A stretch of DNA of 64,000 bases. Source: Tubiluchus corallicola. Taxonomy: Eukaryota; Animalia; Priapulida. Below, in pieces: positions 37,171-50,051 of this stretch. A program made the translations under genes and the position numbers. The stretch covers positions 248,001 through 312,000 of the forward strand of contig JAQGDQ010000248.1 of the NCBI GenBank assembly GCA_030141605.1, read 5' to 3'. Numbering within the stretch: position 1 is the first letter of the stretch; every line of letters starts with the position of its first letter. The notes under the pieces are model-generated. The model was not told the origin of the DNA. It worked only from the letters and a program-made list of their open reading frames with translations, and made no database searches.

Positions 37171-40019
37171 AAGTTGGTAGTAGTGAATACATAGTACGAG
37201 AATAATATTATAGAGTTAGTTGAACGTTGCATTATTTAGCACTTGGCGTGATAAACACCAAGGCCTTCTCGTTTCCTTCCTTCTGAATTGATGTGATTTT
37301 CCACCATTCAAGTACATGTTTAGCTGAACCAGTTATAGATGGTATACTTATACTTCTGCAGTTAACTACACTGACAAGCGCTACAACGTGACGTTTCGTC
37401 GCCTTGTCTGTCAGTGTGTGTAGAGAGAGAGAGAAAAGGGGGAGGACAAAGAGAAGGGAGTGGGAAGAGGGGAAAGGAGGAAAAAAATGAGGCGGAAGAA
37501 AAGAAGAGACCGAGAAGGAAAAACTGATAGATAGTAAGATAGACAGACAAAGTTTGGTTAAAGTATTTGAAATGCGAATTTTTCCACAAGAGTTCAAAAA
37601 ATGGATTTCGCAATGTCGATTCCCTTTACAACCGTTACACGTACACTATAATACGCTCACAAATGTCACGCTGATATTTTAATTTCGAAATTACACTCCG
37701 GTCTGCTAGAGAAAATAAGACAAGAAAATTTGATTGATTAACCTGATGCCCTGCTGAGCGCGCGCGCTGCAGTACTCAGTACTCAACACATGTAAACTAA
37801 AGTTCTTGCAAAAAAACCTACACAGGGCCGTGCTCTTTGAATGTTAATAATTCAATATTCAATCCTATTTACTTCTGTATCAAAAAGAATACAAATGTAG
37901 CACAGCAATTTCGCAACAAACCCAGAAATGACCCCCTCCCAAGGCGTCCTCTACGCATGCAAAGATACCACTACTAGTTTTAAACGATATTAATTATAAC
38001 AATACTGCATGCAGAATATAAAAGTTATTTTTTACGAGCACTGCCAGTTGCCACTGAGACAATGATGGTAAGGTGTGTTAAAATACGTTATATTACCAAC
38101 CTCGTACCTTACTAAAATGCATCCGTCAAATAAAACATCCTATTACGTGTAATTTCCATTTCTTCTTTATTTCATCTTACAGACGCACATTTTGTCTTCA
38201 GGGACAGACATTAGTTTTCAGAAATAATTCTTCAATGTATAGGAAAAACAGCTAGGGAGGCAAATACCGCCCTGCCAAACACCGTCACTAAATTAATATT
38301 AAAAGAATTAGACACAATTTTTCTTCATCGTATAGAGTGGCGGAATTTTAGCGATCTAATGAACGGGAAGTGAAATCTGTGTGTTTTTAATAAAATGCCA
38401 TGATTGACTAAGTCAGAGACTTTACTTGCGTCTAGAAACATAATAATGTCAGAGTGTCATGATTTTTCTGTACTGTTGTGTAATCTCGATAAAGGAAAAT
38501 AGGGCGATTTTTCATGTTCTACCACCATTTTGTAGTAGGGTAAAAAATATACATTTTAATACCTATAATAATGCCAAAGTGTTTCTGATAATTAAATAAT
38601 ATGATAAAAACTTAATTAATGGCAGCCCTTTGCTTGGCAGCTGAGCCCAATTAATGATGGTATCACAAATGAAAATAATTTTCAACAGCAAAAACATTCC
38701 AGGGGCGTGTTACACGTTTTGAGAAACGAAAATTGAAATGCAGTGTTACTGTACAACATTCAATGTTGTACACAAGAACTCGATAAATTTTAAGCTTAAA
38801 ATTCAAATTTCAAGTTTACAACTGTGCTCACGTATGAGCTCTCGAATGTGTGTACTGCGTCACGACTGAACACTTTTGAGCTGAGAGGTACAGCTATAGT
38901 TAAAGACTGGGCTCGGTTTTTCTTTGAGGAGATAAATACACAGATCTATGCTATACCTTTTTAATTCCAGATTTGACGTCAGACTGCCATTGTAAAATAC
39001 GTTAGATGTGATTCAATTTCTCTAACCCACTAGTACAATAAAAAGTTTGACAAATTATATACAGACATGATACAGTATAAGTATACAGTGTAATAAATTG
39101 CAAAACAGGCATCACATACAATTAGCAATTTCGATACTGCTATCACAATTTTCGTATAAAATTTTCTGCATGATTATTCTGTCCCGGGTTTTATTATTCA
39201 CGAAAGCATTTGGTCTATTTCAAAGCATCATATTCGACCATAAAAGAGCAATTTGCAGACGAGCTAAGTGCAAGCAGACGGTAGCCGTGTCGACATATTC
39301 AGAATATTATTGTATTTTAATAGCTGTCAACTTTTGTATTTTCGAGCGTGATGCGAACATTTTATTGTACATTCGTATACTAAAACTGTGCCTGGAAATT
39401 TCATCGCAATATGAAATAATTCAATCGTGTTTGATCCATACGAGGCCAACAATTAATACAGCTATAATTGCTTTGTTCACTACTATGCAATTAATACTAG
39501 CTATAACTAGTAAATATCTATGCCATGCTTTACTAATATGCATAATCTGCAAACTAATATTCTATAACAGCAATTAGATATAATGCAGCACTATAATTGT
39601 CATAACAGCTTACTAAGTCCTTATTTTAATATGTTGTGATTATTACTGCTACGAAAATACAATTTTAAAAATAGCAACGCTGCATGTAATAGGTGTATAA
39701 TCATTATGTAATTGTTGTCAATGTTGTGAAACTGATGATTTTTTTGGCCTATTTAAATTGTCTGTTCGTCAAGTGCTAAAATCTTGACTGTGCTATGTCT
39801 ATTATAATTGTGTAGGGCATTTTCATTTTAGTTTATCGGTTATTTTGCATACACTAACAAAATGCTTCAAGTAATTTGGGTATTGATAACAAATACATGT
39901 TTCTTTAGTTACTAACACAATTTTTATTAAAAATCTATAATACTCATATTTATTAAACATGTCTCGCAGCAAACTGCTAACAGTGTCAGTCGATTAACTA
40001 AATTAATATTAATGTCCTT

Positions 40020-40160
40020 CAAATAGGGGTGCCTGCTAGGCGACCTCTTCGTCTTTCGCCACCCCCTTTAATGTACTGTTTATCATCTTAAAGAAACATT
40101 GTATTATTATATGTGTGACATTAAATGAGACGAATAAAATCTAATCTAATCTAATCTAAG
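40020..40160 (+). mobile_element. Probable 3' end of a LINE/SINE (AATAAA followed by an (ATCTA)n tail)
   Basis: GC-rich hairpin-like GGGGTG...CACCCC, then GAATAAA and ATCTAATCTAATCTAATCTA. Confidence 0.4.
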
Positions 40161-40189
40161 TTAATGTAATCTAATCCAATAGAGTCCAG

Positions 40190-40645
40190 GTACTTTCGCA
40201 TAAGGTTTCTTTCCATCTTGCAATGACCCATTGCGACTACCAGTTTTATTTTTTGTGAGGTGGTGACACAATTTCATTTAGCTCGTGGACAGAGCTTTGC
40301 TAAACTGTGCTGTGGAAATTTCATTGCAAAATGAAATAATTCAATCCAGTTCAGTGTAGATACTTTCGCGTAGGTTTCTTTCCAGCTGTCAATGACCATT
40401 GCAACTACCAGTAGTATTCTTTGTGAGGTGGCGATACAATTTCATTTAGCATGTGGACGGAGCTTTGCTAAACTGTGCCTAGAAATTTCATTGCAAAGTG
40501 AAATAATTCAATCCAATTGAGTCAATGTAGTAGGTACTTCGCACAGGTTTCTTTCCAGTTCTCAACGACCCACTGCAACTACCAATAATATTCTTTGTAA
40601 AGACACGATACAATTTCATTTAGCGTATGGGTGGAGCTTTGGTAA
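40190..40645. repeat. Diverged tandem repeat, ~170-bp unit x ~2.7
   Basis: TACTT(T)CGC..AGGTTTCTTTCCA at ~40191, 40361 and 40536; a partial unit also at ~39380-39428. Confidence 0.88.
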
Positions 40646-40965
40646 ATGATATACAGTACGTACTATATCGACAATAAAAAATTATATATTTGTCCAAATT
40701 TGTTATGCAAAAAGGTTGGCTGTCGGGTACGGTCATTTTTATTTTAAGAGTTCAACGCCATGGAAATCGAATTCGAGCACTCATTGACGCAGCCTTTACT
40801 ATATATATATGTAGTTTATTGACTAAAACAAGTTACATGTATACACGAAGAACGAGGTAAATGCCACAATCGATACGTTAGTGATTTTAGTCCAGATTGT
40901 CACTTTACGTACATTTCCTACTCAAGCTCATAGCAATAAAAACAGTGTTATGCATACAAGTTACA

Positions 40966-41460
40966 TCAGCATAAACGTTCCAAATTTTCGTAACAATTAG
41001 GGTGCTCAAAGAAGTGAGTTAAATCGGCAAAGTTTACATTGTCGTAGCAGTTTCTAATATTAGATGTTAGGGGGCATGTCTGTATAACGTGTTTCTCAGT
41101 TTGAATGTCCCCACAAGGACATAACCTATTTTCCCCTGGCTGTCTCGCCCATCTACCCGTTTCTATTCGCAGCCTATGTGACTGAAGACGCATTCTTGTG
41201 AAGCTTATCCGATGATGCTCAAATATTGTCGATTCAAAACGAGAAGTTTCGAGACCGGGGTTCAATTCCAAGTAGGTTACACAACGTGTAGAATTGACCC
41301 GATTCCTTATGCGCTGTTCCAACAAAACTCTCTGCCGAGGTATATAGTCTGGCTGGTAACTCGCCTGAAGCTGGTCAAGACATCTAAGAAGTTTGCTGCC
41401 TGCATTCCTTGCTATGGCGACAGTTTTTATTAAAGGTTCATGGCGAAAAGCATTTCTCAT
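40966..41460 (-). mobile_element. 5'-truncated non-LTR retrotransposon ORF2 C-terminus (RTEX-like Cys/His motif)
   Basis: FTRMRLQSHRLRIETGRW...RLCPCGDIQTEKHVIQTCP is the typical LINE C-terminal zinc-knuckle region; no RT core present. Confidence 0.85.
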
Positions 41461-44374
41461 AAGTTTTGCCTATGTTTTCTGCTGCCTAGACCGTAGAAGA
41501 CTACATTGTACAGCTCTTACGGAACCAGGATCTAGATGAGACATTATATGAGACAGCAGTGTCTTAGTGATGTTCGAATGGTGCACTTCCTCTCTTAATG
41601 AGGCAAATAGCCAGGAGCAGTATGGCAAACAAAACTACACAGTAGCAGTTTTTCGCCTGACAACCACACATCTACTACGTATGTTCGGTGTTACTTAGGA
41701 TGTTAGGCAGCCAAGCACGGATCGAGACCACTCCCCTTCCGAAAATTACTACACCGCGACAACTATTGTCAAATGTCTTAAGGAAAACAGCAAAAGAAAG
41801 CAAAATTCAGCACTGAAATTGTTTGGCTTGACTCCGTTTAAATTTTACTCTCGACCAAATATGTTTTTAGAGATTATGGTAAGAATTGTAAGAATAAGAG
41901 TTAAAGCTAGTTTAATTCTTCTACATACGAAAGTAAAACAAGAACTTTCGCATTACAGAAACTTGCTAACCGTTTGAAAAAGTACCACTGTACGAGACCT
42001 CAAATTTCTGCCTGAATTCCAACTTTAACGTGTGCATAATAACGTTTCAAAAGTTCTTACCATATTCCTATATTTGCACAAATTCCATATATATATATTA
42101 CTATATTTGTTACACATCCCAAGTTTTTGTCCTATTGACGTGAGCAGTGAGCTTAGCTGTCATGAAACATCCTAAAGAATAAACGTAATACGTGAGACGA
42201 TTAAAGAATAGCCTACTCAATGGTTTGTTAAAGCCTTACGCTGTGGTTAACAAAAACTAATTGGAATTTTATACAGATAAATTGCCACCATCGTGCAGCA
42301 GTTTTGCTAGACTCTTCCCCGTGTTAGATTCTTATTAGTTTAGAGAAGAAAGTACATATCCCTGAGAGAGAATCGAGTGATATAAATTGATACAAAAGTC
42401 GGCAATCGCATTTTTCTCCGAGACAAATTCGAACATTAGTCAGCACTTAAGAAAAGACCAAAACTCTATAAAAAAGCAATTACGAAACCGGGTAATTAAA
42501 GTTGCACACAATTCCTGTAGAAAGGTTTAGAAATGTGGTTAGTATATTTGGGCTAACTAGGTCCTTGTGAGAGAGGTTGAACATTAAGTACTGCCATATT
42601 TACCATTCGATTGGAGTAACCTTCTAGTAATTTTCATCCAAATGCTGGCCCTTGTTCAGACTAAAAGCAAAACTTGCTGCGAGTTGCCCTCGGACAGTAA
42701 GCGCGAGCTGACACACACTCCAATTCACTGCGAGAAGTGTCAAAAGTAACTCGTAGAGGCGTTCACACTAGACAGTAACTCGCAGGAAATTTACTCGCAG
42801 CAACTGCCTGAAAGTTTTCTATAGATAGTCCACATCAACTCGCAAAGCAGTTCACACTTGCGTGTGTTCTGTCAGAGAGAAAACGCACTAAAGAAAATCT
42901 AGTCTCAACGCGCTGTGTCGTTCTGGGCTGCCCTTAGGAAAAATGCGAAAAAAAATTAGGTATTTTACTAATGGTGTCTGATAAACGCCCAATTTATGTG
43001 TCCGTAGGAATCGGTCAACATTTTCAACATGAAATCATCATCCCTAAAATGTGCGTTTTTGTCACTTGGGAAACTAGATTACATAAAAACACATTTCTTT
43101 GAATTGCAAAGCAAAAATAGCGATTTGTAAGCCAAAGAATTACAGTAACTTGTGAGAACTTGTTTGGAAAGAAAAGACACTTTTTATGACAACTCTAGAG
43201 TTATTCTAAAGGACAAGGTTACGAAGAATAAATAAAAAAAGACTCGCATTAAATAAAAGAAAAACACAACGTTTCACTGTCAGTTATGTTTAGGTGAAAA
43301 AATACTGTAAGACATCTTACAATAACTCGAGCTGGACATTTGTCATTTCGTGAGAATTGAAATGTCTACCTACTTTATCTTGATTTAGCTAATAGGCCAA
43401 TGCCTAAACTGCGAAATTTTGCACATTGGTTTCGACAAAAAACTTTCTGAAAACAGGACCAATGTATAAGACAAACGTTGATGAAGTTTCATTGGTTAAA
43501 ATTAATATATTCACGAAGAATGAAACTTTTTCGACTATTATCAGACATGTTGCGGATATGCGCCATTTGTCACGTATACGCAGCTTTTAAAACCATAAAT
43601 AGATTCTGACAAAACCACTCATGTACAGCAAAAAGCACCTGCCTCTTCTTTCCCTAGACACGAAGACGATTTCAATTAGGGCAACTCCCAACTGATTTCA
43701 TGCAGACTGAAGACTGAAGTTAAATTACGGCAAAAATTAATTTGTACAATTTAGATGAACATGCGAAAAAATTACTAATACGCTTAGTCGCATGATAAAA
43801 TTTACAATTATATTTAAAATAAAGTTTAAATTTCTACAAAACACGGAAGAGTAATAAGAAAAGTAAGAAGGGAAAGCATAAAAATGAACAGAAAAAACTA
43901 AAAACGCAAAAAAAACTGGTGGAAGATTACGACTAAGTAACGATGACAACTACCACAATAGTGAAAAATTGCAAGAAACTTTACTGTCTGTGCTGATAAC
44001 ATGATGGTGGCAAAATCGATAAAAACTGTAACAAGACAATGTAATATAAAAACTTAATCACTTAATCCATGAATGACAATTACGACTTTTCTTACAGCAG
44101 ATTGCCTAATAGTAACCCTTCTGATTAAACTTGTTTTTGTTAATTCACAAAACAAGAAAATTCTTATCAATAAATTATAGGTCTGTCAAACACTTCAGTC
44201 TCTATAGGACGTTTTTCTGACGTAGTTTACACATTAGATTAAGTGTGTTTACCGACCTTGAATTAAGAGGCTACTATCCATTAACTTCCGCAAGTGGTTC
44301 TATAAATAAAGAAAAAGTCGTTAAGTAGAACGTAATTCATTAATGTGGATAATTTTGTTAAGCTAAGCTTGAAG

Positions 44375-44540
44375 CCCGTGCGCCTTTGGTCGTCGCGCAC
44401 GGCGCATTCTACCTGCGCGGTTTGCTTGAAGCCGCTAGAGGGAGCGACAAGCTACAGTTGGTGACACGCAGGTTCCGGTGAAGCCAGTAAGAAACAGTGA
44501 AACCCTATCGCAGTGTTGCAGCTGCTGGTGGCTGCTGCTT
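44375..44540 (+). promoter_or_regulatory. Putative promoter region of the CNG channel gene, with a CTCF-like motif
   Basis: Local GC/CpG-rich patch ~600 bp upstream of the ATG; GCCGCTAGAGGGAGC at 44431-44445. Confidence 0.45.
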
Positions 44541-45088
44541 TTGTGCACACTTTCTTTGTAATGTGGCTTCCAGAAAACATATTGTCGCGTATGTGTCACT
44601 GACATTTCTTAGTGGTTTCTTCATCCTAGAAATAGCTTCTTTCCTAGAGTAACTACGAGATTTTATTTAGCAAGAGAAAAATTAAACGTTCACCTTAAGT
44701 GAGAGAACGTAATTTGGTGGCTTTCACTGGCTGGAAATCTGTTTCTAAACGATTTTCTTTTTCCTGCCGCCGTGAAGGAAATTTGACATAATTTTTGCGC
44801 AACTCTGAAAAAGCTGTTGGTGTGAGAGCTGGATCAATTGTGCGGTTGTTACGTGGGGATCAAATTTAATGCTTTCATGTTGCAAGTTCGATGTGTTGGA
44901 TCGGGTTTCAGCTCAACTCTCTCGCGTTGCACAAAATGTGCTTAGTTTTAAAATCGTGCTGAGATTTCCACCAACCGACACGTAAATGTCACAACCAGAG
45001 AAAGGGTGATGGAACGTGGTTCCCTATTGCACAGAATGTGCTGTCTGGTGTCATTTGTGTGGTGTAGCTGTTAGTAAGGGAGTACTTC

Positions 45089-46448
45089 ATGGCATCTTCT
45101 CTGAGTCGGCGAGCTTTCGGTGGTGAAAATGGCAAACAGGTAGTGAAGTACACACCCTGTGCCAAGGCAGAAGGAATTGGTGACGAAGAAGATGACGAAG
45201 AACTAGAAGAAGTTACAGTAGTTTGTGGAGGTGAGGATAACGACGATCCGGATAATGCGTGTCCGGCTGCTTCCATAGATCTTCCTGGTGACCTTTCTTC
45301 CGTCACTGCTAATGGACCCCGGACAATTCCCGGGACACCAGGAACAGATGATCGGACACGATTAATTGGGGAAAGACTGAGTTCCAGTGGAACAAAAATA
45401 AACGTGCCATCTCCGATTTACTCGAGAACCAGTTCTGTTCGCAGTAGCAAGACTGGAAAATCCAACTCCAGACAGAGTCTTCTAGAAATGGTTAGTAGTA
45501 AGCTACACCTGAATGGCGATAAGAAACCCAGGTATTCCAAAGAAGACGTTTCATATGTGAATAAAGCACACGTGTATTCAGATTCTGATATTACACCTCA
45601 GAAGCGTCATCTGCGGCGGAAGGAAATCCACGAAAAATTTGAGAAGTGGGAAACGTCAACGCAAAGCAACGACCACCAGGGGTGCAACTGGACTTTCGTG
45701 TTTGATCCATCAGGACGCTTGTGCTACTACTGGTCTATATTCGTCAGCATTGCCTTCCTCTATAATTTCTGGGTGCTCATCTACCGATTCGCATTTGATG
45801 AAATTAACATGGACACCATCTACATTTGGTTCTCTCTCGATTACTTCGCGGACTTCATCTACATTCTTGACGTTGGAGTCGGCTTTCGAACAGGATATCT
45901 TGAAGACGGTGTGTTGCAAACGGACCCCGTGAAACTGCGTCAGCACTACATGAACTGCACGCGATTCTATATCGACTGTCTTTGCCTTCTGCCTTTGGAT
46001 TTTATGTACTTGTCAATAGGTTTTAACTCCATGTTGCGTTGTTTTCGACTGGTTAAAATCTACCGATTCTGGGCCATGCTGGATCGTACAGAAAGACATA
46101 CGAACTATCCAAATGTGTTCCGCGCCATATGCCTACTCCATTATTTGCTGGTGATATTCCACTGGAATGCTAGTTTTTATATCATTATTAAAAATCTGGG
46201 TTGGCTAGAAGCCAAAGGATCAAGGGGTCACTTTGTTGACACGGACAAACTGAGACTCTATCTTGAATCATTTCATTGGAGTACAATGACCTTAACGATG
46301 ATTGGAGATTTGCCTCCACCCAGGACTAACGGAGAATACTTATTTAATATAGTGGAGACAGTGTTTGGTTTGATGATGTTTGCTGCTGTATTGGGTCACG
46401 TGGCTAACATCGTAACGAATATTAGCACGGCTAGGAAGGAGTTTCAAG
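45089..46448 (+). CDS. Cyclic-nucleotide-gated cation channel (CNGA-like), first coding exon: N-terminus plus S1-S6 and pore
   Basis: FVFDPSGRLCYYW, FRTGYLEDGVLQTD, S4 LRCFRLVKIYRFW, DRTERHTNYPN, pore WSTMTLTMIGDLPPP, S6 FAAVLGHVANIVTN, ARKEFQ then donor G|gtaagt; the ORF-track tail after 46448 is intronic; C-linker/CNBD exons not found in the window. Confidence 0.96.
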
Positions 46449-47237
46449 GTAAGTCGGGAACATTCCTGCTTATCCTCTTGGCGTTGCATTCAGAACAATT
46501 TGCTAACTGCATCAATTACGTTTCTTGTTCGTTTTGAAACGCGCATAGTCTCTCAATTCCCGATGGTGAAGCTTGGAAAATATTGTCATCAATTGATATA
46601 ATGACCGGCGACGCGAAACAAATTGTCTATATTTTCCGAGAGTCGTTTTTATCATAACTTTCAGTCTCTGAGCTACCAAAACAGTTAACCATTAATAACT
46701 GCTCAAGTTCCTAAGAAGAAACTAGACGCATTGCAAAATACTTACAAATGCTGTTGCTGAGTTTCCGGATTTTTGTCTGATTTTGAACTTAAACAAAGTT
46801 AGCAGAATTAGCATACATTTTGCAATTAGATTGAATAACATATACAGAGATCAGTGTGATCCCATAATTCTTGGGTAATAAATACGTCAAAAACTTAGTT
46901 TAGATCATTTAGTAACATTTTTAGATGCAAACCATTTCCAAAAATGCAACAGTTAGATTTCAGTCTGTGTGGAATTATATACTCGAAGCTTATAGGAAGG
47001 TTGATCCATTGCTCTTCCGTATAAATGCATTAAAGACTAAAAAGGAAAACAGGACTAAATTTTAAGTTATAGTCGAAAACAATCTACCCTACAAAATATA
47101 TTGAAAGAAACATAGTATTTTTTCAAGAATGACTCACATGAAAAAATTGTTACCACAGAATGGTAATTACTAGTTCTTTGCTGTTACGTGCATTTCACCC
47201 TTCGCTAGTTAGATGGGCATTAGCGTTGACATCTCGG

Positions 47238-47382
47238 GGCTAAAGTTTACAATTTTCCACACACACAAGAAATTAGTTCGTGAAGCAGATTAGGATTAAG
47301 GTTTGGATTTGGTTTAGGTTAGGATTGGGGTTAGAGTTGGGTTAGGGTTAGGGTATTTAAATTGTGTGGGGAAAGCACCTCC
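47238..47382. mobile_element. 145-bp GG..CC element with degenerate (TTAGGG)-like core, nested in a family B copy
   Basis: TSD CATCTCGG / CACCTCGG; subterminal inverted TTTTCCACACA / TGTGTGGGGAAA; the empty site is visible in the family B copy at ~58050 (CATCTCGGAAACGCGTTG). Confidence 0.65.
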
Positions 47383-48502
47383 CACCTCGGAATCGCGTTG
47401 CACAAAAACAGGTGCTCGACTTCTCATTTTAGTGGTGTTCAGTTGTGACGTAGTGCACATGTTCGAGACCTCATACGTGAGCGTAGCGGTGAACTGGAAA
47501 GTTTAATTTTAAACTTAAAATTTGCCGAGTTTTTGTATATCACACTGAATGTTGTACAATAGCAATGTACTTCACTTTTTGCTTTCGCAAACACGTACAA
47601 CACGCTCATGAAATGTTTGTACTCTTGAAAATTTTGTTCATTGCTGGCGTCATCACTAGCTTATCTCGTCGGCTGTTAATTATGGTTTTAACCTATTAAA
47701 TAATTATCAGCAACGCTTTGGTATTATTATAGATGTTAAAATGTGTACTTTGCACCTTGTGTGAATATACTTTTTGACCACCCGGTGTATTGTAACAATT
47801 CGCCGAAAAAGCAAAACGCTTCGAGAAGCCATGCGTAACTTATCAAAGCATCAATAGCTTTGCATAAAATTATTTCATGCGTTATTTTATGAGCTTAAAT
47901 GTGACAAATTGGTCGAGCATCGTCAGGTTTGTGTGAAATTATTTCCAGATTCATTCACACATAATTTCACGGTAATCTTCGTTCATGCCTCTGTATCATT
48001 TCAGTGCATAATTTCTGCGTACTTGCAGAGCGTAAGTCGATAGTAATTATTGTGGCAGAGTTAGACTAGTCACAGAATTAAAAACTTCTCGCTTCGTTTC
48101 TTTATCAATACATTAGAGTTGTAGAATTACAAACGCATGGTGGGCGAAATCATGTAGCTTGCTAGTAATATAGTAATGTGGTAATAGCGAAACTACTTGT
48201 GAAAAAGGCTTTTGTCAATATATGTAGCAACATAAACCAAACTCTTTTAGTGGCACAAACACTTTATTATTGACTGTCTTTTCTGTACACTACGTTGTGA
48301 CTACTAGATTAAAACCCGTAACAGCTCAAATCAGTTGAAGGTGGTTAACCTTGGGTAATGCATGTCAGAAACCAGTCAGGTGAGAAAATGATTCACTGTA
48401 GTCTAACTTGCTATAAAGTTATAATGTTGCTGAAGTTTATAAAGTTCATAAACAAACTCGTGAATCAGTTCAGTTCTTTCTATTCACGTGACTTACATAA
48501 AT

Positions 48503-48910
48503 AGGAAGAAAAGGGAATTTTAAAGTATAGGTATCCCAGAAAATTTTCTATACAATGTCTTATTACTTAGCATTGCTTTGAAAGACTTGTGCAATTGGAA
48601 AAGAAAATTCTTAATAATTTAAAATGTCTGCACTATCTGGTAAAATGGCACTGCATCGCCATCCCAGTGTACACCACTGGCTCACCAAAAAATACACTAT
48701 TATGTTTTTAAACTTTACGAAATGGTATTTATCCTTGCTTCAAATTACTTACTCTTAAAATGGCTGCACTTAACAGTCATCGCGGGAGTTTAACTTTTCA
48801 AGTTTTATACAACGTTGCTAATCTGTATACAATAAGACAGCATGTAAGTGATTCAAAATTGCAAGACGAATTTTTTAAGCTTTATTTATGAGGAGTGGTT
48901 TTCTTTTCCT
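48503..48910 (+). mobile_element. Family A (Kolobok-like) copy
   Basis: Colinear with the 35438 copy; ends CT|TTAA. Confidence 0.78.
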
Positions 48911-49893
48911 TTAAGATTCTTACTATATTCCATGCAATGCAAAGTTGCAAACTGCACAACGTAACGCAACCACAAAACATAACACAAAGCAACACAAACA
49001 CGCAGCACACTATGCACCACAGCTGCACAACACAGTGCAGAAGAGAACAGCACAGCACAATACAACACATTAATACACAATACACCACCACGCAACACAA
49101 CATAACACAACACATAATGTAACACAAAACGCTAAACACTCTTCTCTATTTCACTAGGCGAGTGATAGTTTTAACTGATGTAAAAGCTGACTTGGAAATT
49201 TTAGAAGTCAAAAAATGTTGGATGAAAAATGTTACTAAAATCTAACATTTTAGGAACAAATTTTGATTTTACCATTTTTCATTGTCTACAGCCTCACTAC
49301 AGGTTGCTGTGGCATTGGCGTTACCACAGAGAGCTATAATTTAGATAATAATCTCGTGCAGTTAATAATTTCAGCTTTATCTGTTTACAGACTGTGCTTT
49401 TGTTTAATGAAAGACTTAATTAAACATCGGGGCTATCTCATTTGTGCAGTGTAGCAACAAGAAATCATGTGCTTATGTATAATTATGATTTGGCATGCAG
49501 CTGAGCGAACTGAGTACTTCGAGCTGCTGAGCTGAAACCAAATGCTGTGAAATGAAGCTTTTCTCTGTTAAAGGCTAACCAAGAATGGCCAATAATGATG
49601 GATTTAGAGAAATTTTAGGACTTAGTTCATTTTATTCAATTTGAAATTTCACTGAAATTTTCAATGATATAGCTCATACAAAAATTAGGCGTATATGCAA
49701 ATATTTACTAAAATCGTTATGACAAATGCCAGTTCTAGACTAATTAGCGATTTGACATACTACTTTTAATAGCGGTAAGTGTATTTTTCTGGTTATAATT
49801 TTTTTGACAACCTTGGTAATGACCTTTGCTAACATCGTATTAGCTATACATATTGTAACGAACCCGGATGGTGCTGATCTACATATGTATCAT

Positions 49894-49895
<2 letters not shown>

Positions 49896-49969
<74 letters not shown>

Positions 49970-50051
49970 CTGTGTGCGTGTGTGTGCGCAAGTGCGCGAG
50001 TGTGTGTGTGTATGTGTGCGTGTGCGTGTGCGTGTGTGTGTGTGTGTGTGT
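49896..50051. repeat. (TG)n/(TGCG)n microsatellite
   Basis: Direct reading. Confidence 0.98.

Noticed and set aside
37056-37175. Functional 5S rRNA gene
   Set aside because: The 5' end (AACTTCGGC) cannot form a proper helix I with GCTGTAGGC, there is no oligo-T terminator, it is a solitary copy, and it is fused to retroelement-like sequence inside a TSD.
39098-39577. 159-aa ORF
   Set aside because: TTG start, AT-rich Ile/Leu-biased composition, no recognisable domain or splice context, and it overlaps a fragment of the 170-bp repeat.
46449-46537. C-terminal extension of the 482-aa CNG ORF
   Set aside because: Read-through past a perfect GTAAGT donor into the intron; the sequence stops resembling the C-linker there.
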